64,000 nt of DNA from Octopus vulgaris (Eukaryota): NCBI GenBank assembly GCA_951406725.2, contig OX597815.1, positions 182,466,001 to 182,530,000 on the forward strand. Direction: 5' to 3'. The position numbers and the translations under genes were made by a program. How positions within the stretch are numbered: the stretch's first letter is position 1; each line of letters begins with the position of its first letter. Below the pieces are notes generated by a model that was not told the DNA's origin, did no database searches, and worked only from the letters and a program-made list of their open reading frames with translations. Shown piece by piece: positions 37,594-50,667 of this stretch.

Positions 37594-37794
37594 TAGCCGC
37601 AGGAGTGGCTGTGTGGTAAGTAGCTTGCTTACCAATCACCAATCTGAGTTCAGTCCCACTGCGTGGCACCTTGGGGAAAGTGTCTTCTACTATAGCATCG
37701 GACCGACCAAAGCCTTGTGAGTGTATTTGGTAGACAGAAACTGAAAGAAGCCCATCGTATATATATATATATATATATATACATATATATATAC

Positions 37795-37849
<55 letters not shown>

Positions 37850-38050
37850 TCCCCCCAACATCGCTTGACAACCGATGCTGGTGTGTTTACGTCCCCGTCA
37901 CTTAGCGGTTCGGCAAGAGAGACCGATAGAATAAGTACTGGGCTTACAAAGAATAAGTCCTGGGGTCGATTTGCTCGACTAAAGGCGGTGCTCCAGCCTG
38001 GCCGCAGTCAAATGACTGAAACAAATAAAAAAATAAAAGAATAAAAGAAT
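37594..38050 (+). mobile_element. SINE family B
   Basis: Full-length near-consensus. Confidence 0.9.
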
Positions 38051-39044
38051 ATTATCTCTAAACGATTAGAATGTTTTACGAAATGTGCAAACACCTTTTA
38101 AGTCGAGAGAGAGCATTTCAAGTTATGAAAATGTATTTCGAGAACGTTAACCACGTGATTAATGTTATTGATATGCAACTTTTTCAACAGGGAAATAAGA
38201 CGTAGTCATGAATATGACACTGAACACCCGTTATCCCAATAAAAGCAGGTGTTACAAAGGCTATTATAATAACCGATTCAAATGGATATTATGCATAAAA
38301 ATCGCATTGTTAAAGGAAGTTTTTAGCATTCATGAATTCTTATATGATATTTACTGCCTCACAGGAGCATCTGTTGAAAATCGTAGATTTTTTTCCCTTA
38401 ATATCTCGACTCATCACCTCTACTGAAAATGACACGATAATAATAGCTCAAATTCTTACAAAAATAATTCATTAATGATATTTATATGTATAATAATGCT
38501 GACGAAAGTGTGGCGGTTATATTTCCCATTTTACTAAATATTTATGAGACATGTCATATGTTTTGTTTGCGAATTGATCATCGCCTTTGTATGCATTTTT
38601 GATGCAATAAGCAAGAATTGTAAATGTAAACCAGAGAATCAATAAAGCTAAATTTAACCTTGTCTCGTATTATAAAACTGATTCTTTGCCACGAATTTTT
38701 CGTGACATAGGAGACAATAAGTAATGCAAGACAGAAACAATCACTAAATGCTATATTTGTATTCGGAATATGTGGATATTAGATATAGTTGCAGGAATAG
38801 GTGTGAGAAATAAGATAGGCTTTGCAATCACATGGCTCCTAGTTTATCCCACTGCAAGACACGTTTCGCTTCTTTGATAGCAGCGGGCCGACCAATAACC
38901 TGCGAACATTAGTGAGTAGTTCGCAAGTCTGAGAATCTATTGACGGGTGTGCAGACATGTCTATACCGACAAACATACATACATACAAACATACATGCAT
39001 ACAACCACACATACATACTTATACAAATATATATGATATATGCA

Positions 39045-39087
<43 letters not shown>

Positions 39088-39147
39088 GAGAGAGAGAGAG
39101 ACATATATATATGTATGTATCTATGTATGTCTATATATGTATTTCTA

Positions 39148-39191
<44 letters not shown>

Positions 39192-40539
39192 GAGAGAGAG
39201 AGAGAGAGAGAGGTTATGAGAGGTACTTTTAGGTCACTTTAAATAAAACCCTTGATTCATTAACACTAAAATAAGCGTTTTCGTTAGTCAGTACAGACTG
39301 TTTATCTGAGTTTGGAAACAATTAGCGTTAACTTTTGCAGTATTACGATAGATTAATATCATTCAATCACTACACTGCTAATGAACCAGTAATTTAATAC
39401 TTTATAAAGATACAAGTTTAACTTTTGTAGCAGAGATGTATAAAGCTTAGTGGTAGTTAAAGAGACAAAAAGTAAATTTGAATTTAGCAGTATTTGGACA
39501 CGAACAACATCGTGAAGAAGCTACATACCGTAAAGCTTGTAGTTCGGCGCTGTAGCGTTTCTGCCGATTCACCATCCATTCTTTGTTATATAATGTATTA
39601 GAAAGAAATCAAACTGAGCATAAACTACGATAAAACTAATAGTTTATTGTAATCGATCTTAACACACTTCCATGTTATAGGTGAGATTAACTGCTATCTT
39701 TCACGAGTGAACACCGAGATGCTATTTTTTTCTCTCTTCGTGATGTTTTATTTTCGTTCATATATTTTTAGTTTTCTTCTATTCTCCTTCTTAATATTAT
39801 TTGAAACCTAGTTAATAGTAGTTTCCTTAAGAGGCTGCTACAGCATTGATGTATAAATGTGACAAACACAGACGATATAATTTTCTTGTGTTACTACTCT
39901 TTGTTTTCTAGTTAAATATCCCTCGTGTTAACAATAGGAAATAAATAACTCCCGAACACCGAGCCTGACCATTGCCACTAGCTTCAAGGCCGGATAATAA
40001 CGCTCACTTCGTGTCAGTATTTCATCAAAGGTTAACACAATGAAACACAAACCGCAAAAGTCATTGAAAAGAGATTACTATATCATTACTTTTATTTTGT
40101 CAGTGTAAAGAAATAATGAGTAATATTAAACATATTTCTTTGCGAAAAAATGCTTTGTAGAATCAGTTTGTTGTATAGTGTTTCTGGCAAAAGTAATAAA
40201 ATAGATTTATAGAAAAGTGTTGGTTACGCTACGGTTAGCTAATTCACATGATTGCCAGACAATAGCAGTTTGTCATTTGTTTCCTGTCAGTTCTGTTGAA
40301 GACAAATGATAACTTGAACTGACGACTGGAAGAAAACAAATCATTTCTTCAGAAGGTACTTTAAGGTGCTTATTTAAATTTAGCTCGCACAGACACCTGG
40401 GTCTGCGCCAATCACAATTTACAGATGCAACTCATCAACAGTACTGTTTATAGTTCGATACACGTACGTCTGTTCTCAGTCTGCAGATCTATTTTAAGTC
40501 AGTGAAAACGGAGAGCAAGAAAGAAAAATCAAATAATCG

Positions 40540-41370
40540 CTTCTACTCTAGACACAAAAAACTTGAAATTTTGCCAGAGGCATCAAGTCGATTACATCGA
40601 CCCCAGTACTCAACTGGTACTTATTTCATCCCAAAAGAATGAAAGGCAAAGTGCACCTCGGCGTAATTGGAACTCAGAATGTAAAACCCGAATAAATGCC
40701 AAACATTTTTTCTCCGGTGCCGTAAAGATTCTGCCAGCTCGCCGCCTTTATCACATTTAAAAGTAATCCTTTCTACTATAAGCACAAGGTCTGAAATTTT
40801 GGGGAGGGGGATAGTCGATTAGATCGACCTCAGTATTCAGTTGGTACTAATTTTGTCGACCCTGAAAGGATGAAAGGCAACACCAAACTTGGCAGAGTAT
40901 GAACTCAGAACATGAAGAAGACTACTGAAATAACGTTAAGCATTTTGCTCGACGTGCTAACGACTCTGCCAGCTTATTGCCTTTTTTTTTCTACTCTGGG
41001 CACAAGCCCCGAAATTTTTGGGGAGGGGACCATTCGTTTATATCGACCCCAGTACACAACTGGTACTTAATTAATCGACCCCGAAAGGAGGAAAGGCAAA
41101 GTCGACCTCGGCGGAATATGAACTCAGAACGTAGCGGCAGACGAAATACCTATTTCTATTTATTTACTACCCACAAGGGGCTAAACACAAAAGGGACAAA
41201 CAAGGACAGACACACGGATTGAGTCGATTATATCGACCCCAGCGCGTAACTGGTACTTATTTAATCGACCACGAAGGGATGAAAGGCAAAGTCGACCTCG
41301 GCGGAATTTGAACTCAGAACGTAGCGGCAGACCAAATACCGTTAAGCATTTCTCCCGGCCTGCTAACAAC
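40540..41370 (-). mobile_element. Cluster of SINE family A copies (two old monomers plus a dimer)
   Basis: Repeated aaggcaaagtcgacctcggcggaa; dimer junction gacgaaatac|ctatttct near 41150. Confidence 0.85.
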
Positions 41371-41619
41371 TGTGCATCTAAAATATCAGGTCATACCACA
41401 AGTAACGTCCGGATATTAAATAAGGAAAAGCAAAATACTTTAAGAAGACGCCAAATATATCTAAGCTACCTTAAAATTATCACAATATGTACGCGCCGAA
41501 TTCAGATAAATAAACGCAAAAGATTCATGAAACGGTTTAATTACATTCCAATTAAAGGGAAACCCCTTTTTTTCTATCATCACTGTAATATATATATATA
41601 TATACATATACATATCGTT

Positions 41620-41784
41620 AGCCACTACACACACTTTTTCTTTCCTTGTTTTTTCTGTGTCCCTTTCTGTAGAAGAGCGTAGGCTCGAAACGTAAAAGAT
41701 TTTTTCTATTCCTGAGCGTTATACTAATACATCTGTTTGTTTTGTACACCACCTGTCTTCGTCTTTTGTTTTTTCTTAAACTCT

Positions 41785-41790
<6 letters not shown>
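41620..41790 (+). mobile_element. Short repeat with CTGTNGA hammerhead-like motif (copy 2; motif 41663-41698)
   Basis: cttt-CTGTAGA-a-gagc-gtag-gctc-GAAA-cg-TA-aaag; ends in (AT)n. Confidence 0.7.
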
Positions 41791-41832
<42 letters not shown>

Positions 41833-41834
<2 letters not shown>

Positions 41835-42278
41835 CAACGGAAAAGAGGAATTTCGATTAACCCGACGTGGTGAGTTGCAATGTTTATAAGAAATAAAATA
41901 AAAGGAAAATACGCACACTTACATAATTTTAATATGATTTTTAATATATCGAACGGTTTCGTTATCACTATTCATGATATTATGTTTTACATATTTGAAT
42001 AGGTATTTTTTCTTAAGAAATTTTGTCCATGTTGTATGATGAAATTCCCACAACAATATTGTTGTTACCCACAACAATAACAATAATAACGATAACCAAT
42101 TACTTCCCTTTTATTTATCTACTTGTGAAGTCATTCACTTGTGAATTTCTTCACACACAACATGGACAAATTTTCTTCTTAAGAAAAATACATATTCAAA
42201 TCAGAAAAACATAATATCATGAATAGTGATAGCGAAACCGGTCGATATATTAAAAATTATATCAAAACTATGTAAGTG
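41833..42278. mobile_element. Head-to-head inverted pair of a pLTR-like repeat with a hammerhead remnant
   Basis: Arms ~41916-42050 and ~42140-42278 are diverged reverse complements; atatc-ATGA..gc-GAAA-ccgg-TC-gatat. Confidence 0.7.
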
Positions 42279-42291
42279 ACAAGAATAAATA

Positions 42292-43532
42292 TACATGGAC
42301 ATGGCAGAAATAAACAGACACCTCATAAAACATGTTTTATGTTTATTCTAACTTGTAAGGCTTTATATTCTTTTATTCATTGACATTTTTATGATTCAGG
42401 TTCTGTATATGACTGTTTAATCATGCCATGTAGAAAAGATGTCTAGGAACTGTCTAAATTTCAAAGTGGTCGTATCGTGGCTCATTCTGAAGGTGGACAT
42501 AATCAACGTAAAATCACAGAAAACCTTGAGATCTCGCTTTCTACACTTAATAGAGTGATTGTGCAATTCGCTAGAGAGGGGAAAGATTCCATATCGCCTC
42601 GCCGCAAGCAACAAAGGTTCTCTGACAGGACCCTTCTCTTTGTTAAGAGAAGTGTCGAGGATAATCCTCGTTGCGAGGCCTCTCTGGCATAGTAGAAGTT
42701 GATGTCAGTCCCAGAAAAGCAGTTAGGCATCTGCACAAACTTGGTTACTATGCCAGAGCAGTAAGAAGGAAGTCTCTTGTTCGGCCAGCCAAAATCAAGC
42801 GGGGAAAAAGATTGGGCCAGTGAGATGGTGGAGAGGCCACTAGTGTTTTGGGATACTGTCGTACTTTCTGATGAATCCAGAATTGTTGTATTTCCCGACA
42901 GTGGTCGTGTGTGGGTCTGGGGACTCTATGATCAAGAATTTGATGTGAAAAGATTACAGAAACAAATGAAACACGGCAGCTGTTCTTGTTCTGTGATGGT
43001 CTGGGAAGCAATTTCGTTGATCAGAGCTTGTGGAGTGGGAAGAAAATATAAACTCAGATAAATATGTGTCATATTGCAGAAAGGACTTTTTTTCAATCTT
43101 CTTCAGTGATGAAATGATTAAATAAGACTCTTTATTTATGGAAGATGAGCTTCCTTGTCTCATGGCTAAAATGACCCAAGATTTTTTGGATGAGAATGGC
43201 ATTAATAAGCTTCCTTAGCCAAGTTACTCACCAGATATAAACCCTATTGAAAACCTCTGAGAAATAATGGACAGGACACTTACAAGAAAGCATCATCAAA
43301 GTCAGATCTCTTGAGATTACAGCATGAAACTTGGCAAGGGATTCCGCAAACGAATATTCGTCATTTCATCAGCAACATGTCTAATGAGGTCCTTGCATTG
43401 AAAAATGCAAAGGTTTTGTCTACTAAATATTAAATATTCACAGTACAACAATTAATAAATTTGAATATATAATTTCAGATTCAAATAAATTTTAATAATC
43501 ATAAGGGTGTCTATGTACATCTGTTATGTATG
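42292..43532 (+). mobile_element. Decayed Tc1-family transposon
   Basis: HTH-like region ([20 protein letters not shown]), VVLSDES, SVMVWEAI, LFMED, SPDINPIENL; stops and frameshifts; diverged TIRs containing agacacc / ggtgtct. Confidence 0.85.
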
Positions 43533-43569
43533 TAGGTATGTATGTATTTATGCATATATAGTGTGGAAG

Positions 43570-43645
43570 TACTCCGTCGGTTACGGCGACGAGGGTTTCG
43601 GTTGATCCGATCAACGGAACAGCCTGCTCGTGAAATTAACGTGTA
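43570..43645 (-). mobile_element. SINE family C 3' fragment
   Basis: actccgtcggttacg..acagcctgctcgtgaaattaacgtg. Confidence 0.75.
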
Positions 43646-43973
43646 AACTCATGGACGGTTAGAAAAATCAACATTTGTCGATTATATGTTCTTTTCTGCT
43701 TTTTATTGATGTTCATTGGCTTTAAACATTTTTGGCCCACAGACGTAACAAGTTCTATTTCTGGGACCGTATTTGTTCTATAAACAGCAGCCAAATGGAC
43801 GCTATATGTTGTTATTTATTTTGGTCAGTTCTACATATCATGGAGATTTAAATATTGTCTACGAAATATTAACTCGATAATCATAATTTTGATATATAAT
43901 CAACACAGCCAAATGGATTATACAGGGTGGGCTAGATGTCACGAAGAACATTTCACATTTTATCATATTTTAC

Positions 43974-44027
<54 letters not shown>

Positions 44028-44225
44028 ATTACCTCCCTTTGCAGGTTTAGGGCACCGTGACGGTGTCGAGCCTTTCTGGTGACGTCGATGTTCGCCTGGG
44101 GCTAAATGCAACAGTAACACCCCCACCACCCTGCCCTGTCCCTAGCCATATTCAGATGGCTTTAGTCCCTTATGTTATCGAGCAGTTACTGTCTATATCC
44201 CTTTTAGAGAATTATTATTGCTATT

Positions 44226-44226
44226 A

Positions 44227-44313
<87 letters not shown>

Positions 44314-44333
44314 CATCATTATTATCATCATCA

Positions 44334-44389
<56 letters not shown>
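44226..44389. repeat. (TTA)n/(TCA)n microsatellite
   Basis: Direct reading. Confidence 0.95.
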
Positions 44390-44391
<2 letters not shown>

Positions 44392-44399
44392 TAATATGT

Positions 44400-44985
44400 A
44401 CGACGAGCTGGCGGAATCTTTAGCGCGCTGGACGAAATGCTTAGCGATATTTCTTCTGTCCTTATGTTCTGAGTTCAAATTCCGCTGAGGTTGATTTAGC
44501 CTTTCATCCTTTCAAGGTTGATACAATAAGTACCAGTTGAACACTGAGGTCGATGTAATCGACTAATCCTCACCTCCCCCTAGCTGCCCTTGTGGCAGAA
44601 TTTTGAAATAATTTTTATTCACAACGGATGAAATGCTTAGCGTTATTTCGTCTGCCGCTACGTTCTGAGTTCAAATTCCGCCGAGGTCGATTTTGCCTTT
44701 CCTCCTTTCTGGGTCGATTAAATAAGCACCAGTTATGCACTGAGGTCGATGTAATCGACTTATTCCGTTTGTCTGTCCTTGTTTGTCCTCTCTGTGTTTA
44801 GCCCCTTGTGGGTAGTAAAGAAATAGGTATTTCGTCTGCCGCTACGTTCTGAGTTCAAATGCCGCCGAGGTCGACTTTGCCTTTCGTCCTTTCGGTGTCG
44901 ATTAAATAAGTACCAGTTACGCACTATGGTCGATGTGATCGACTTAACCCCCAACCCCAGCTGTCTTTCTGGCAAAACATTTAAG
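44400..44985 (+). mobile_element. SINE family A monomer plus dimer
   Basis: Consensus matches; junction aaagaaatag|gtatttcg at ~44826. Confidence 0.85.
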
Positions 44986-45097
44986 TCATTATTATTATCA
45001 TTCATTTTGTTTATCGTGTACAAGTAACTGTGTATCCGTCATCATTATTATGATTCATTTTGTTTATCGTGTACAAGTAATTGTGTATCCGTCATTA
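44985..45097. repeat. 53-bp tandem duplication (~2.1 copies)
   Basis: gtcat starts at 44985, 45038, 45091; shared ttcattttgtttatcgtgtacaagtaa. Confidence 0.85.
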
Positions 45098-45625
45098 TTT
45101 TAATAATTTTATCCAATTTTCGAAAACTTGAAGCATGTCTTTGACGGTTCTGGCGTGTATTGAACTTATTTTCTGCGTGACTTTTGGACCATCCTGTAGA
45201 GTTAATGACTGAAATAATTTTAGACTGAATAATATTTTCTTATCCACACAACATAAATGTATTAATGTGCGATGCTCGAGCATCGATGAACGTGTCCTCT
45301 CGTTATTCGATACAGTTTCTGGTTGAATATGAAACATCATGTAAAATATAGTTATTTATATAAACGTTTCTAAGGGAACACTAAATTAACTATTTTTTTT
45401 TCATGCAGATGACGTCTCAGAATGATTTAGTTTTCTGAATTTAATTTTTAATGTATTTGCATGCACTTCTCAAGTGCATAGAATTAATCGTGCAATCATC
45501 AGAATTTCATGATGTCGTGAACTCTAAACCTTACCGAGAAAGTCTCAAATACCGTGACCAAAACATTTTAGAACCTGTCTTTCTAATGTGGCAACAATTG
45601 CTAAACTAATATTAGAGCTGAGCTA

Positions 45626-45812
45626 AGGTGGCGAGCTGGCGGAATCGTTAGCACGCCGGGCAAAATGCTAAGCGGAATTTCGTCCGTCTTTGCGTTCTAA
45701 GTTCGTATTCCGCCGAGGTAAACTTTGCTTTTCATCATTTTGAGGTCGACAAAATAAGAACCAGCTGAGTAATGGGGTCGAAATTTCTGACCTTGTCAAC
45801 ATTTGAAACCAA
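45626..45812 (+). mobile_element. SINE family A
   Basis: ggtggcgagctggcggaatcgttagcacgccggg... Confidence 0.8.
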
Positions 45813-46305
45813 TTTTAGACATTGAGCTAAAGCGAACTTTTTCACAGCCTAAGTAGGTATGTAATACTTACACGATTAAATATATCTACACTTTTTTAAT
45901 ACTCTCGAATTAAATTGGCAAATTTGCATCGTTACAAACCCCTGAACGCTGTTAAAAATTCGAGAAATTATAATTGTTATTCATACCCTATGCGGCATGA
46001 ATAAAAATGAAGCAGTTTGAAAAAATTATGTATTCATCATATGACTTTATCTTTAACATTAACGATGAAACTAAATGAAAGTGACTTTGAGGTTTGAAGT
46101 AATATACGTATCTCTATTACATTTACTCATAAAAATAGTTCTACTTTCTTAAAATTTTCTCATACACATATCTATATATTCATGCCTGATTTAGTGTGCG
46201 TAGCCAGTAAATGTAGATGCGGGTATATGTGTGTGTTACGATGGGTGCTACATTTTATATTTTCTTTACACTTCATGTTTTACTGATGTAGTATTCTATT
46301 TCTCG

Positions 46306-46672
46306 TGGAGGCGCAATGGTCCAGTGGTTAGGGCAGCGGACTCGCGGTCGTAGGATCGCGGTTTCGATTCCCAGACCGGGCGTTGTGAATGTTTATTGGG
46401 CGACTGCATCTAAAACTCCACGAGACCCCGGCAGTGGGTAGTGTCGAACCGTGTTGTGCTCTTTCATCACTGCTATCTCTCATTCTTTCTTCCTGTTTCC
46501 GTTGCACCTGTATTTCAAAGGGCCAGCCTTGTCACACTCTGTGTCACGCTGAATCTCCCCGAAAACTACGTGTCTGTGAAGTGCTCATCCACATGCACAT
46601 TACTTTCACGAGTAGGCTGTTCGGTTGATTGGATCAACTCGAACCCTCGCCGTCGTAATCGACGGAGTGCCA
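46306..46672 (+). mobile_element. SINE family C
   Basis: Match to 32818-33170. Confidence 0.9.
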
Positions 46673-47145
46673 CGATTCTCTTTCTTCTATAGTCAGTATT
46701 TTGTTTCGTATTTCAACTCTTTCCCCGCGATTTCTCATCATCATATGATTAATTACATCTTTGAAATGCATACCATATAATTAAGGTTGTAATTATTCCA
46801 ATATATAAACTGATTAAACTGTATATCACCAATTCACCGAAAGAGCCATTAAACATCAAAATCCACAGCATGAAAGCAATCTGGAATGTAAAGCAGGAGG
46901 CCTATGATGTGGCTAAATTAATAAAAGTAAAGCTTATCTATTTCTAAAGGTGAAACTGAATTACTAAAGCAAAGAATTTCTCATTGAAAACAAATTTTTT
47001 GTGGATTTGTACATATATTTATATATACGCACATACATGTACGCATACATACAGCTGTGTATGAACATTCCCTAATACATACATACATACATACATACAT
47101 ACATACATACATACATACATACATACATACATACATACATACATA

Positions 47146-47380
47146 CAGTAATTCCACGACTGTCGAGGGTGTTACGTTCCAAAAACCCCCGCGACAGGTG
47201 AAAATTCGCGAGTTAGAAACAGTACTGTACTGTATGTTATTTTTGTTATCGTTCTAATTTGTATATATTCATTTTATTATAAATGCAAAACAACACCACG
47301 GAAGAATCGACGTAAGCTAAAATAACAAACCGCGTTGGTGAACCGCGATAAGTGAACTGCGATATGGCGAGGAATTACTG
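47146..47380. mobile_element. Tigger/pogo-like MITE
   Basis: TA|cagtaattccacg ... cgaggaattactg|TA. Confidence 0.8.
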
Positions 47381-47476
47381 TATGTATGTATGTATGTATG
47401 TATGTATGTATGTATGTATGTATGTATGTATGTGTGTGTGTATGTATGTATGTATGCATGCATGTATGTATGTATG

Positions 47477-47507
<31 letters not shown>

Positions 47508-48209
47508 GTATGTATGCGTGAATGTTTGTGGGCATTTGTGTGTTTATGTGTGTGTAACAAACTGGCAACTTCAAATGCAAATTCATTTTGTATGAGATAA
47601 CTTTATTCATTGCAAAGTGAGAATTGTAGATAAACAGGTTGAGAACTGCGTGCATCGTATCTAGAGACTGAAATAGATGCTTCGGCAAAGATATGGTGCA
47701 AAATCTATGTGACGAGTGTATGCAAAGATATCGTTATCTTTTGAAATTTCCTGCTTGCTTTGGCTGATTTTAGAAGTGAGAAGATGTTTGATAGAAGAAA
47801 TTGCAAGGTCACCATAGAATACCTATAGAACTTTAGTGAGAAAAACTTTAAAATGATTTATCAAGCATATAGTTTTACTTCTAAGCAAAACGAATGTTTG
47901 GTTAAAAAAATATGTGTAATAAGAAAACATTAAATTAACAGCTTATAGGGTTTACCTGTTACACGAGGATAGTTTGAGCCGTTTGCTGATTGAGATGTCT
48001 TAATCTTTCAATCTTTAAATATGATTGATGTTTGTCTATAAGAAGGGTTGTTTGTCTACAGAGGACTCAAGTTCTAAACGCTCCAAATAAATTTACAAAA
48101 TGCGTATACGTAGAAAAGCTTGGTACAGCTTAAGCATGTACATGTGGGTATGTGTGTGTGTGTATGAATGCATGTATATATGCATGCATCCATATATGTA
48201 TGTATGCAA

Positions 48210-48857
48210 TTTTCCTTCTACTTGTTTCAGTTATTAGATTGCAGCAGCCATACAGGGGGGTGGGTGGCTGCCTCGAAGAATTTTTAGTCAAATGAATTCA
48301 CCCAGGTCCTTATTTATTATTTTTGTAAGCCTGGTATTTATTCTATCGGTGTCTTTTGCCGAACTGCTAAGTGATAGGGATGTAAACACTCCAACATCGG
48401 TTGTCGAGTGATGCTAGGGGGACAAACACTGACACACAAACATATACACATATACTCTTTTACTCTTTTACTTGTTTCAGTCATCTGACTGCGGCCATGC
48501 TGGAGCACCGCCTTTAGTCGAGCAAATTGACCCCGGTACTTATTCTTTGTAAGCCCAGTACTTATTCTATCGGTCTCTTTTGCCAAACCGCTAAGTGACG
48601 AGGACGTAAACACACCAGCATCGGTTGTCAAGCAATGCTAGGGGGACAAACACAGACACACAAACATACACACACATATATATACATATATACGACGGGC
48701 TTCTCTCAGTTTCCGTCTACCAAATCCACTCACAAGGCATTGGTCGGCCCGAGGCTATAGCAGAAGACACTTGCCCAAGACGCCACGCAGTGGGACTGAA
48801 CCCGGAACCATGTGGTTGGTTAGCAAGCTACTTACCACACAGCCACTCCTGCGCCTA
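48210..48857 (-). mobile_element. SINE family B (old 3' half plus young full copy 48453-48857)
   Basis: Reverse-complement consensus matches. Confidence 0.88.
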
Positions 48858-48995
48858 TATATATAAGTTTTTCTATTGCGTTTTTTAAAAATTTATTTGT
48901 ATTTATATCTTAACAACAAACTACGACAAAATAAATTAACTATACATCCACAATTCTCCATCCTTATTAATTTTACTTACATATATATAAACGAC

Positions 48996-49040
<45 letters not shown>

Positions 49041-49374
49041 TTTCTGACTACGAGATCCACTCACAAGTGTTTTTGGGTCGGCTCGTGGAAGACACACTAA
49101 CCAAGGCGGCCAGCAGTGGCACTGAACCTAGAGTCATGCGGCTGGAAAGCAAGCTTCTCAGCACACAACCACGTCTGTATGTATGCAATATATATGGACT
49201 TCTCTTGGAGTGTTAAGTTTTACTTGAGAGAGTTCAAGCCGGTCGCTAACAAAATGAAAAGACTTTTTTGAGTTAAGAGAGTTCCCGATATTTGTAAAAT
49301 TGTGATTGAGTTTTTGTGTAGGTTGGACTGTCTATGCATTCACCCAAGTGTGTACATATATTCACAAAAGAATC

Positions 49375-49760
49375 CCAAGAGATTCTTTGGAATGTTTTAC
49401 AAGTCTTCACTGTGCCATTGATAGATTAGATTTTGAGAACTTGGGTCTGTTACTTTTGGTCTTTCTTCGTGAAACCGAGTATTTCTTGATATTTGTGCAA
49501 ATTTGATGGTACATAGCCTAAAACACCTATGATGATAGTGACAAATGAGAATTCAAAGTCAGGTACAATAAATTTAAGTTCCACATTATTTCACCACAAA
49601 TGCTATATTTTTCCTAGACCTTTGGGTATCTGTGTATCTGACCTCTTCAACAGTGCATAACTTTTGTTCTTTGTCCAACAGAAGAATATCAGGTCTGGCA
49701 TGTTTGCACCGAACTGATGTATTTATGGAGTCGTTCCATCAGTATTCTTTCTTCTGCTGG
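49375..49760 (-). pseudogene. Decayed REL-endonuclease LINE C-terminus (R2/R4/NeSL group)
   Basis: Minus strand reads WNDSINTSVRCKHARPDILLLDKEQKLC..E and FSFVTIIIGVLGYVP..LGF..GTVKTCKTF, with stops. Confidence 0.65.
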
Positions 49761-50620
49761 TTTTGACATGACTTTTATGTATGTATGTATGTATGTATGT
49801 ATGTATGTATGTATGTATGTATATATGTATGTATGTATGTATGTATATATGTATGTATGTATATTCCCCTCATTTTTTAACTCCTCTCTAATAATCCCAA
49901 AACAAATTATTAACATCCAAATTACTCGATCTTTTAGAAATAATTTAGGAGGCTTTTCACTCATCATTTCATCATTATTTTTAATAATTATTAATTTTAA
50001 CCTCTTAGGCCTAATTCCTTATGTATTTAGAGCTACAAGTCACTTAGCTATATCTTTTTCTCTCTCATTCCAAGAAAAGTCCGTATATACATGCATGCAT
50101 GTATGTATGTATGCATGTGTGTATGTATGCATGCATGCTTGCATGTAGGTATAGATGAATCGCTTGCGAGAGTGATGTAAAACATGTACAGGAATACAAT
50201 TCGCAAAACCAGGAATTTCAAGGAGATCAGTTTGGATTTCAGTTAGGAACGTTGTTATTAAATATCTACATAACTTTACTGAAGTCTTCATATTCTACCC
50301 AGGCCCTATACAGTACCCAAACAATGCCATTCATGGCATATGTAGAGACCAGAAGTTTCGGTTAATTGACTTTGTCCTTGTAACGGAACATCCCTAACGT
50401 TTGTCCATTTATCATACAGAAATCATCGAAGTTATTTCCTTTTAGACGTATTATTGGTATTTACAACCGGCGTTACTGAGTCCTTTCGATTTCTATATAT
50501 ATAGGATCTTGTCAATTCCGGCGAACATGCATTAATGATGAGACAGAACAAGATGCAGTATCGTCATCTAATTTTGCAAGCCTAGTAGTGGTGTGAACGG
50601 TCATTGATTGTGCAGAAAGA

Positions 50621-50667
<47 letters not shown>

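Larger units (their letters stand above)
43923..45196. mobile_element. Tc1/mariner-type non-autonomous relic interrupted by (TTA)n and SINEs
   Basis: ta|cagggtgggctagatgtcacgaagaa vs reverse complement ta|caggatggtccaaaagtcacgcagaa. Confidence 0.55.
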
